A stretch of DNA of 64,000 bases from Phoronis australis (Eukaryota; Animalia; Phoronida). The position numbers were made by a program, and so were the translations under genes. Of the stretch, positions 1 through 10,803 are shown piece after piece. Under the pieces are notes generated by a model. That model worked only from the letters and a program-made list of their open reading frames with translations. It searched no databases and was not told the origin of the DNA. The DNA is taken from contig NMRA01000026.1 in the NCBI GenBank assembly GCA_002633005.1, positions 614,434 to 678,433 on the forward strand, in the 5' to 3' direction. Numbering within the stretch: position 1 is the stretch's first letter; each line of letters starts with the position of its first letter.

Positions 1-287
1 AGATTGGAAATGCTGTGTTTGATTTGGGGGAATCTAGGATGGATTATAAATAAGTTTATTTTATTTTTAGGTAAGTGCCGTTCAGATCCAGATTTGTGAT
101 GACCACGCTTTCTCACCATTCGTGAATTGACCGGTCCAATGAAAGATGATTTAAGGTGATTACAGGGAAAAGCAAACATTTTCGATGTTCAGCCTTTCGT
201 AAAATATGGATCGCTGGCTATACCTGTTACAGTTACTGCTGGCCTGGCATGTATTTACTACCCATGCTACAGTAGAAAGGTACAACT

Positions 288-475
288 ACAGCTTATTATT
301 TAAAATGATCTATTCTTATTAAAATGACATAGGCAAGAAATTGATTTTCGGACCTCAAAAGTTTGCCCCCCCTGTATCAATGCTGGTGACCCGCTGTTTG
401 TGCTCTTGAGGGCGCGGCCGCCTATACTACTACAGGGGCCCTGTTCTTCCGACCCCTTCGGGCCGGGCCCCTGCT
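288..475 (+). repeat. Dispersed repeat copy; inverted homologue of 14584-14915
   Basis: 288-361 (acagcttattatttaaaatg...ttcggacctcaaaag) matches the reverse complement of 14842-14915 with few mismatches. It is followed by degenerate GC-rich hairpin-like units. Confidence 0.75.
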
Positions 476-1427
476 ATGTGAACTGCCTCCGCAAACCTGC
501 TTCATCCTACTTCACGTATTGGTGTTGAGTAAAGACGTAACTTGTCGATTATTCGCATCTTCAAGATAACCAGGATCTGTATGTTACGTCAAAAATGCAT
601 GATTTCCCCTTTACATTTTAAAGTTCCCCTCAACCGCTTCATAGAGAAAAAATTAATCTCACTTCAGCGAAGTAAAGTGAGTTACCCCAGAGCAACTTGT
701 CCTAGAGCAATTTGCCCTAGTTCTGCCGAGCATCCACATTACACCGTCGCCCTACGCAAATATGACACCCCTCTAACTGAGCGAGGGTGCACACCTGGTA
801 ATTACTCCGCCTTTTCATGTTTGCATTTACACTACAACTTGCATTGAGACAAATTACTCTGCAGCAAGTCAATCACTCAAGGAGTAACTTATTCTAGGGT
901 TACAGCGCATGAGAAATCTCATGCCCTTATCTCATCATTGTCAGATTTTTGGTAGATTAATTGTCAAGCAGTGCAAATTGAACAAAATAAAATAAAATTA
1001 TTTTGTGACTTAATCCCAAAGACATTTTTCATGAAATGGCCATTATGTGCCATCAAAACTTACCGACTGAGTGTGTTTTGTACGGTATAGTTTTCAAACT
1101 TGCTCCAAACTTTGGAAGGTCCACAAGGCTAATAAACCCCACTTTTGTTCCTGATTTAACTGTTCTAGTCGCTGCTAACATTTATTGATGGAACAAACAT
1201 ATAAAATACTGTTTTTACTTACAAATTACTGTACTGATAGGAGAAATAATAATTCATTCCTGACGAGGATTGCTGTGCATGTGTACACAAGCATGTATTT
1301 GCCAATGTTGATGAATCATTTGCATGCGCTTCTTTCATGGTCATATGATAAAAGTCGGGCAACTGTTCATAAAAAATTGCACATAGCACAAATTAGCTAT
1401 TGTGTGGATCAGGCATCATATGGAACA

Positions 1428-1634
1428 TACTGTAAAATCTCACCAAGTTAGGACACAATATGGCTGACAAGCGAAATTGTATGATTCCATTTTTACTAAA
1501 AGAGTAGTAAATGCCAGACCTAATTCCTACATTCAGACAATGTTTCTCAGAAACTGTGGACGTTGAAAGCAATGTTACAAGCATTCAAAAGGTGAAAAAT
1601 ACCAATTTTGGCAATTATTTTTGTCCGAAATTGG
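1428..1634 (+). mobile_element. Copy of an abundant ~250-bp TA-flanked MITE family (possibly Tc1/mariner-pogo-like)
   Basis: Starts tactgtaaaatctcaccaa and shares the ggacacaatatggc and ttttggcaattatttttg blocks with copies near 4111, 4660, 8318, 13613, 19570, 33565, 39660, 40449, 42010 and 62671. Confidence 0.7.
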
Positions 1635-1876
1635 CAAGCAATAATGACAAGCGGGCTCCTTCATTACAACATTTGCTGATCAATTGCATTCAAATGTTGG
1701 GAATGACTTGAAATGAACCCCTCAAAGATTTAATTTCACAATTTTACCAACTTTTGGTGATGGAGGCAGGTGTGTTACATGTTGCATAACCCAACAGGGT
1801 TTGCTGGGAATTGTGTTTGTATTTGTTGACTATCAAAGCAATGCTTTCTAGTGATATCCTTGATGAGTTTTTCTTT

Positions 1877-4800
1877 CTATGCTGGAGTTTGTTTATTCAA
1901 CAAATCACCTCCACACTCCCTCATAATATATTGTTTTTCTGCCAATCCTGATGCCTGTTCCTTATTTTCCTCAGAAATTACCTAGGGCCAAAATATGAAA
2001 ATCTTAAAACAGGCAGATCAACTCCATCAAATGGTTGCATGCACTGAACATTTTGCTTTGCATAATAGCAGTTGGTTAGTTTAATTTTTTGGTATCGTGA
2101 CTGGAAAAATCCAGGGATAAAGTTCTTAGCTGGAATGATTTGGCAGTTTTCATAATGTTGTCTGACAGCAGCGGTCACATGTCTGACCATGAACAATCAT
2201 ATGATGTCTGATCATCAACTGCACTTTCGACCTATCTGCCTTCTTACCATGAGAAAACTACGGTACCGTAATCTTCCTGCTATTTCGCACAAAACTAATC
2301 TTCAAAAATGGTAATTTTCCATTTTTCAAAAGTTGATTATCTTTTTGCTAATAATAGGAGTTTCAGCAAATGCTTTGTTATATGCCACATCTACACTCAA
2401 CAATCCATGCGTGTAATAGACAAAAATGTTCTTAAAATTCGTTTTGTAGAAAAATTTTAACAAAATTAAGTTTCACTTGTGGGCCATACTGTATACTAAA
2501 TAAGTGAAGAACTATGTATATTTCAATCATGTAATTGATTGAATAATTACTTGATAAAGCATAAAAATGGTTCCAGGTGATCAGTGCAATGGCCCCACGT
2601 GCACAGCCTATGCACCTCTGGTACAATGTGTATCAGACCACCTGCAAGTATTGTTTTAATGATGTCACTGTATATTAGGCTCAGTCAGTTTATGCTTATC
2701 ACAGGTGACTGGCCAAAATTTAAACAGTTCTCTCATGAGTAGTGATGCGAATGCGAGTTTTCTGCCATATGATGAAAATTTACTTGTTAGTTATGTGTTG
2801 GTAATAGTTACAGCCCCCCCACATCAGCATTTTGATAACCAGTTTTCTCTTCAATGAATTACCACCATCAAACTTCTCAAAATCTGGAATTACTGGTAAC
2901 TGTCAATTGCAGCTCTGATAAAGACCTTTCCTTCCTAACATATATTCCATACTTGCCCAGGTTGAAGCTCAAGGCATGCTCACTATAACTGCTTGCCCCC
3001 AATTTATACGACTCACTTTCTTATAAGAAGTACCTTAAAGTTTGTATTAGAATTTTAGCTCCCAAAAACTAGGCAGTCCACTAAGTCTGTTTCAGCTGAA
3101 TCTTTTCTTACACGGGTGGGAAAATAACCATACTGTCTCGTTCCTTATTAAAGGAGACGTGAAATGTTTTTGCTCTAATATTATGGAACTCAATGAGCTT
3201 TAACAGTTTATCTTATTTGATTGTTCTTGTGTGCACTAAATAATGCTTCTCAGCTCCCCACGTATGCGTAATGTATGCATCGCAAACTTTAAAACTATTC
3301 TGTGAAACACGCTCGGTCATGGTAGATGCAAGATCGCTCCCCTCGAGATTGTAAGCCCGACGCCAAGCACTGTTTCTTTAATCTCAATTTGTATTCAAAG
3401 GCGTACATTTATGTAGGTCCCTCTGAAGTGCTAACCCACCGGACTGTTTGGATAAGCATCCACCCCGACTTCTCAAAGATTTTATTTTAAAATGCCCATG
3501 CTCACCCTCAGGTTTTTGGGTTCCTGATTCAAGTACCTTACACACTCTAATTCTTCACTTAACATGCAATGTGGCCCACAAATAAAATTCTGCTCTGTCC
3601 ACAAAAGTAAGGACTATGAACATTTTAGCCTATTACAAGCAAAATTGCTTTGCATTGTATAGATGTGATGAAACACCTGCTAAAGTACCCTTTATCTAGA
3701 GAAAAATAGAAAAAAATACCTTTTTGGCAATTATTTTTGAGCGAAATATGTTTAGAAATACTCAGGTAACAAGTGTGTCTCAATAACATTGCATTGATTC
3801 AGGTTTTGTTATGATTCACCTTGGAAAATCCCAACGATCTGTAATTCGTTTATCACTGCCGTTCATAGTAAATCACTTTTTGAGTAATAACTAAATTGAG
3901 AAAGTCTCAAAACTCTTTTAGGCTGTGTTATCTGTCGGCACAAATGACATTAAGCTTCCATTGGTAAAAATTAGGGAGAGTTGTTTGTGACGTACTGGGG
4001 AAATGTTTTTAGGTTAAACTCATCATTTTCTGACGTTGAAACAAATAAGGGATGAAGGCGAAACTTTCCCAGTTTTGGATTTTGGATAATGCATTTTCGT
4101 TTTAAAAGCATACGATGATAAAATCTCACCAATTTAGGACATAACATGGCCGACAAGTGAAATTTTGTTTCGTCATTTTTCCAAGAAAAATATGTAGCAC
4201 CAAATTAAATGATTTTCCATGTTTAGGTTTTATGCCACAACCTCCATCAAGCTAAGTTTTGAAAATTTGTGTGCATTCACAACAAGGTTAGAAGCCCTTG
4301 GAAAATGAAAAAAGGACATTTTGGCAATTATTTTTGTATGCATTTGGTGGCATTTTACTGTTATGTGAAACATCAACAATTCTACTGATAAGGAAATTTA
4401 TCAACGAAGCCCAATTTTGCATATTTTACTTGATACCTATTAGTAATTTGTAACAGCAAGCTTGTTACATCTGAATTAATTGGACTATAGGTAGTATTGT
4501 TCAGAAGGAGAATAAAACAATTGTCCGATGATGTGAAATTCTATGCAATTTGATAAAAAATATTTATGACCGATCATAAATTTCTCACCTTTTTTCAGAG
4601 GGCTGTGTTCAACTGCTACGTTTTTTTGAAAATTATTTAGTGTAAGTTTAAAGTAAAGAATATGTGGTAACAATTCTTCAGTTTGGGACACAATATGGCA
4701 TACAGGTGAATTTTCATTTTGTTAAATTTCTTAACAAAAATGACTTTTCGAGAAAGTTTACTTTGATCGTAGCGTAGTTTGTATGGCTATTACCAAAGAA

Positions 4801-6692
4801 CATGTAAAATTTTCGCAGTTGCAGCAGACTGTGGTAAGCCTGAGAAAAATAGAAATGGCGCAATTTAAGCAGTTATTTTCGTCTCAAATTGAAGAATTTT
4901 CACCAGGGACTCTGATCATTGTGAGGTTATATTAATGTATTTAATGAAATGGGCATTGTGAGCTTGTGTGTTTTAAATGAATCTCCAACTTTGAGATCCT
5001 GTCATGACATCTGGGCAGAAGCTGAATTCATTGACTTGCGACAGTTTAATCTTCTCACTCGACTTAGAATTAAGGGGACAGGCATTCTACAATTTTACCC
5101 GTAATATTTATTTCCGACCATTTTTGCTGTTCACAGAAGTAACTGTCATGTCAGGGATACGGTATTTTGTCGGATTATCTTGTATTGTATCAAGTGTTTA
5201 CTATTCCCTGGAAAGCCCAATATGGATTGTTGAAGTGACGAGTATTAATTCTTTAAAGCAAGAATCTCGTGTAAATACGGGTATCGAGAATTTCTGATAT
5301 GTAACACTAGAGCGTAAATCAAAACTGAATCAATGTTTTGACTTCTAGCCAAGAACACAAGGGTCTGCGATGCATTTTCTCCAGAGACACAGGAAAGTGA
5401 AAACACTCTGTAGACGACGAGTCTTGACAAAATCGAATAAAGAATAATGAATGCACTCTTGAGAACAGTACAGTAAAATTGAACAAATTTTTTTACATCA
5501 GCAGTGACGTGGCTGATGAAGATAAGTGTGCTCTAAGTGGTCAGAATTGTGTTGTAGCGCAGTGTGCTGAGTAGCCTGTGTTTGTAGGCAGACATTATAA
5601 TGAGCCGTACACTGATTATCTCTTCCTTCTTGAGCTCGTCTTTATTGAACTTGAATGAGTGCATGGCAGGGTGGGGGTGAAATGGCGTGAATGTGTTGAG
5701 GGTCCTCTTGGAGTGAATGTGGTATGAATGCGTTGAAAGTCTTGGTGGAGTGTGTGGGGTGAATGTGTTGAGCGTTCTCGTGTAGTGATGGTGGTATGAG
5801 TGTGTTGAGGGTCCTTGTGAACAGTGAACAATTGATTATGTTGCTCAAAATTTGGGCTTGTATGAAATTTTAGAAGTAATGAATGTTTGCCACCCCAAAT
5901 TCAAGAATCATTATCAATGACAAACGACTATTCACTGTGATGTTACACACTATGGGAACCCCTAAAAACATCGCATCGAATCGCCAATTCTATTTTTACT
6001 CCCTGCTGATACAATTAGCCCAGTGTTCGGTATTTGATAAACAAGATGGACACCAAATACCCGTGTTCCAAACTTCAGAATCAAGGCTTGGATTTTGTAT
6101 CCCACAATTTCAGATTTATTACAAAAAGTGACCCAAATAAACTTTTCAGGCTGTGATGCCCTATTGGCCGAGTTTTTGTAAGCCATTATCTTTAAACATA
6201 GATCAAAATCATTGTTTGTCGGAAGTGATTACCTCAATAAAACTGGAAAAATATACCACACTCCATGGAAAATTGCAACTTCACTCAAAAGACTCAGGAA
6301 ATGTACAGCGTAAAAACCTGATGTAATTGTGTACATACTCATTGCTGCTTCACAGATGATATGTTTGGCTTTGTTTCCTAATTCTATACTCAACTCATTA
6401 CAGACAATATTGAAAGATGTGATTTTTAATGTTGTAAATATTTCTCTGAAATTTGCTGGCATCATGAGTTGTGGTGCAACCTCTTTTGTAAGGTTTCTTG
6501 CCCCAGCCTTTGACAGATCTTTCTGAAATTTGGTTTGCGAATAGATCTCATCAAGCACTGAAGGCAGTATTTGGGACCGGTTTCTTGCAACCACTTACTG
6601 TTCTGAAGCTATGTAAGATTTCCTGATCTGATGACTGATCTTTTATTGACTGATTCCTTGTTGCACATTTGTTGGTTTCTTGGTCATTTCTG

Positions 6693-6749
<57 letters not shown>

Positions 6750-6801
6750 ACACCACCACCACCACCACCACCACCACCACCACCAAGTTGACGAAATTTC
6801 A
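1877..6801 (-). CDS. Speculative spliced gene or pseudogene: candidate exons 6801-6599, 6522-6339, 3594-3506, 1981-1877
   Basis: Hand-built model. Internal boundaries are AG/GT (donors gtaagt, gtatgt, gtgagc), phases are compatible and frames stay open to a TAG at 1877. No start exon was found and no family was firmly recognised. Confidence 0.25.
4111..4362 (+). mobile_element. TA-flanked MITE family copy
   Basis: Termini aaaatctcaccaattt ... atttggtggcattttactg; interior similar to the 1428 and 40449 copies. Confidence 0.7.
5687..5820. repeat. Degenerate ~36-bp minisatellite (about 4 units, 72-bp higher-order period)
   Basis: tgaatgtgttgag-like cores recur at ~5688, 5725, 5760 and 5797. 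Confidence 0.6.
6693..6785. repeat. Compound microsatellite (TCA)19 followed by (CAC)~12
   Basis: Directly visible; reads poly-Gly-Val-poly-Asp on the minus strand. Confidence 0.98.
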
Positions 6802-8317
6802 CTGTAGGTCCAATTTAGTGCGTTACCTTGTTTAAGTTCTGAGTACAATTGCTTCCAAAAAGACACTTAGAAAAAATGTAGGCAATCGTAACTGAGTGAG
6901 TGTTGGAAGACTTCAAAAAAGAACAGTTTAGCAATTGAATTTTCCTAAAATTGGTGTGCTGGATGCTGTCCAAAATTATATAAGGTAATGTAGAATCGTG
7001 GTATTGTTTATTGACGAGAAATTTGACGAAAGAAAATTTCTAGCAGAACCTGTGGGGGGTTGCATCCAGTTTGATTTGATGCCTGCTATTCAGTGGAGAA
7101 AATTGGTTCTCAAAATATTGGACCCCTGTAAATGACTATCGCATAATTGTCGTTTTCTTGTGTCAAATTAGAGAATGATGTACATTCTTTTATGATTTAA
7201 AATAATCCAAAGACCTCTTCGAAATAGAGCCGCAATGTCGTTAGGTATTTGAATGTTAGTTTTGATTTGTCCATGAAAATATGCATGCATTACTCTTTAA
7301 GGTACTTAAAGGAGCAGGACAACATTTTTAGTGTTGCACTTTCTAATAATATGAATCTAGAATTATCTTAGAGATTTCCAGGATTAGTAACTACTCTGGT
7401 CTTATTGACGTCATGGGGCTATGGCTAAGTGAGGTTAATGGCCCAGCAAAAGGCCCCCTTCTTAATTCAGCATGATAACGATAAGGCCAAAAAAGCATGG
7501 TTTGTTCTGGTTTTGTTTTTTCTTTGAAAATGGAGTCGATGGTGCAGTTGTATTTTTTCTAGTAACTCACTTTTTCGGAAAAGAAAATCCAACTGAGACG
7601 AACAAAAATGACGTGGGGGGTTTTCACTCATCACTTGGCGAGTCATGGCGTTACAAACTGTGGTATAATACGTGCCTTTGGGCAGCTTTTTAAAAAAAGC
7701 ACAAAACCTTGTCAGAAATTGATGCGGGCAGGTGTGTCTTATTTTGGTGAATGCATGCCTCAAAATGAGTGGGGTCAAGAGACAAGAACCAGCTATGCTT
7801 TTTTGGCCTAATAGCAATATAAAGTAACTTAGCGTATCTTAGTTTAGCACAACATAACTGCAATGTATCAACTTCCCCTTAGGATTTGTATTTTAGTAAA
7901 GGCAATTCAGGTAATGTTGGCTATCCCCTTTAAGAGTGACCTACTTCATTATGGCTGCTATACCTGCACCAGGAGTCTGACCACGTTACAGTTGAGAAGA
8001 GATCAACCTGAAATATTTTAATCGTCTTTTAAAGATCAGAAATGGAGAATCTTGCCAACAGTTTGCACACATACCGCACGATTCCGTAAGAACCCCCACG
8101 AGGAGAATTATTTTGGTCCGGAAATTTCCTCAAAATTCTGTTATGTTTGGCACTGCACAGGAGCTGCTGTACATAAAAACCACACACGTGGACGGTGGAT
8201 AGACGTGAAAGCAAAATCACCGTGGAATGTGAATAATGATCAAGTGTGTAGTGGAGCAAAATTTCAGTAGAGGCAGATGTAGTCAATGAATTCCACTTGG
8301 ATTGTAATGTAACGGTG

Positions 8318-8560
8318 TATGGCCAAATCTCACTAATTTAAGACACAATGTGATTGACAAGTGAAATTTTATTTCCTCACTTCCTTCCTCAAAAGATGAG
8401 TAGCGCTAAATTAACGTTTTATGATACAAATTTCTAGTAGCTTGGGTTAACCACCGGACTCTATTTTGAAAAATCTGCTGACGTTCCTGATGGTGTTAGA
8501 AGACCTTGATGTGGAAAAAGAGCAATTAGTTTTGTCTGAAATCTGTGGGATTTCACCGTG
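8318..8560 (+). mobile_element. TA-flanked MITE family copy (diverged)
   Basis: aaatctcactaatttaagacacaat ... atctgtgggatttcaccg; same family as 1428. Confidence 0.6.
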
Positions 8561-8998
8561 ATATTAGGAACGGCAAATGTCATACTAAAAATCTTCCGTT
8601 AGGCATGGAAATTAATGGGCGCTAAAGCTAGCTTATGTCTTATTATGGTAGGCTTGTTAGGGTGCTACTTATGTTCAGTTAATGTTGATTAATAATATTG
8701 TACTTTAGACATTATTAACATTTTTGTTAGTTTTTCTGCAATTTGATGCAGAATAAATCTCCATTAGTTAACAATAAACGTAGAGATGACGAAGAGTACA
8801 ATTATACCTCTTGCATTCACAAAAGAATTTAGAATCAAGCCCTAATGGGTGTTTGTCGACACTGATTTATACGCCTGCAAGGAAATTTTCTCAAAATTAA
8901 AAATCTCCAAATACGGTCTGAGTTTGGCACTTCCCATGCAATGCTCCTTAAACAATCTCCTTTTTCAAATGTTTCTGGCCAATTTGGGAACTATGTTA

Positions 8999-9232
8999 CA
9001 TGCGCGCACCCAGAGAGGGTTCGGGAGGCTCAAATGAGCCCACTCATTTGGCAAAGTAAGCAAAAAGGTCGCTTCAGAGAAACAAAAAGTCCGAAAAGTA
9101 GAAAATGAGACAAAAGTCCACTAAAAAGGCAGGAATTCGGCGAATGCACAATTCATAGCTTTTTTAGTAAAAGGAACACATTCTCAAAAATTCGAGCCCT
9201 CCCCCCTATTTCTTAGGCTGGGTGCACGCATG
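8999..9232. mobile_element. 234-bp MITE with 15-bp TIRs and 5-bp TSD
   Basis: TIRs catgcgcgcacccag / ctgggtgcacgcatg (14/15); TGTTA at 8994-8998 and 9233-9237. Confidence 0.85.
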
Positions 9233-9319
9233 TGTTATGTCCTTTAATTAACACTTTTTGTGTAACTGTCACTGGGCTTCAAAAGTTATGCTTTTTGGGA
9301 ATATGTGATGTGATACTAT

Positions 9320-9684
9320 GGTCTCTAATTTGGGACAGTGAATATTAATTATTTTTGTCAAGGTTGGAGGTTGTACCAAATTTTAGAAAAGGCAGTGTTG
9401 ACTGTCCCAAATTCAAGAATTATGATCAATGACAAATGATTGGTCACCTCAGTGATACATGCTGTCGGGATGTGAGAGAACATTACGACAACTGCAATTT
9501 TTGACGATTTCATGTACTGCAAAGTCAGTTGATAAAGAGCCCTGTTCAATATTTGAGAAATATTATAAAGTAAAACACAAATGGTCTATGTCATATATCT
9601 TCAGAATTAAGAAAATTCAATTTTAGCTTGAATTTCGGTGTCTCAAAGTTTAGAGACTTCTCAAACTAGAGAATGTTTACTGTA
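9320..9684 (+). mobile_element. Second dispersed family with gtcccaaatt-type subrepeats, ending ...tttact(c)gta
   Basis: 9600-9684 resembles 13520-13608 and 26080-26175; 9400-9470 resembles 5890-5960; a reversed copy lies near 34325-34490. Confidence 0.55.
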
Positions 9685-10221
9685 ATTAGGATGTTACAAG
9701 TATTACTTATACATATTAAGAACAAGCAGCGTGGGTGGTAAAAAAAGTCCCTACAAAATGCTTGAAATAACTTTCTAAGTGCTTTGCTAATTGGAGGATC
9801 ATAGGAGTATTTGAAACATGATCTTAAAAAAGTGCACGACTATCATTTCAAAGAATGTTTCCGTAGCCATGCGCTACATGGTTTAAAGCTGTTTAAACCG
9901 AGTCAATCCCCTCCCCTCACTTCGATTAGTCAAATAGAACAAGCCATAGTACATTTAATCAAACTTTTACGTGGCAGAAACAGTATTGCATGGGGAGGAT
10001 TTGAAAATCAATGAATGAGTTGGCGTGAAGTTGAATAAACAAGGAATATCAAAAAGTTCACAGTGTGCTGGCATTTCTAAACTTAGATGAACCCTGGGAT
10101 CCCTCAAAGGAGTAAGAGCACCTTTTTGGAGACGAAACTTCTCCCAGGAATAAAAAGGATTAGTTGTGGTGAAGTATATGATATGAAAGTAATAAGCACT
10201 GCACAATCACACGTTTGATAC

Positions 10222-10381
10222 CAGTGGCGGATTTAGAGGGGGGCCAAGAGGGCCATGGCCCCCCCCCTAAAATATCGCAGATTCCATTTGGCAGTTCGGG
10301 GTGCAAATGCCTGAGGGGCAAAATCCTGGCTAATAGTCTGCCCTGGCGCCCCCCTAACTCAAAATCCTGGAGCCGCCCATA
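10222..10381 (+). mobile_element. ~160-bp GC-rich MITE (CAGTGGCGGAT terminus)
   Basis: Homologous to the reverse copies at 24703-24842 and 27057-27213; flanks gatac/catac. Confidence 0.85.
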
Positions 10382-10683
10382 CATACAGTAATGAAAACCG
10401 GACCAAGTTATTAAAGCCTATCTTGTACTGTAACACGTATAAATTTGGTTCTTACAGTGTAGTCCATTTACACTACAAAAGTTGATACAGATCAGCAGAC
10501 ACGGAATGAGATGACCTAGTGCAAGTGTGTTTGTAAAGACTGACCTGGAGCAAACTGACACGGTGGTGACAACTTTTGCCACCCGTTTGTGAGGTAGAGG
10601 AATTTGTACTCCGATCATCTTACTCTGTGCCAGTTATATGTCTAATCGTGAAACTGGGGCAAGGCGGAAAGGATCATCTCTAC

Positions 10684-10803
10684 TGCGCATGTGCAATGAC
10701 CTACATACAGGTTTTCTGTCTCTGCAACTCCCGCCATTTGTAAACCTGCGCATGTGCGTTCCACTCTCCAGCCTACATTCCATCTTGCCACACTTGAGTG
10801 AGT
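10684..10803. promoter_or_regulatory. Candidate housekeeping or bidirectional promoter (two NRF1-like motifs and a YY1-like motif)
   Basis: TGCGCATGTGC at 10684 and 10747, CCGCCATTT at 10731; donor-like gtgagt at 10798 (+) and gtatgt at 10708 (-). Confidence 0.35.

Noticed and set aside
7964-10737. Minus-strand ATG exon (10737-10709, MAGVAETEN) and 44-nt exon (8007-7964) as the 5' end of the speculative gene
   Set aside because: The first ends in phase 2, incompatible with the 6801 exon, and including the 44-nt exon introduces a TAA stop.
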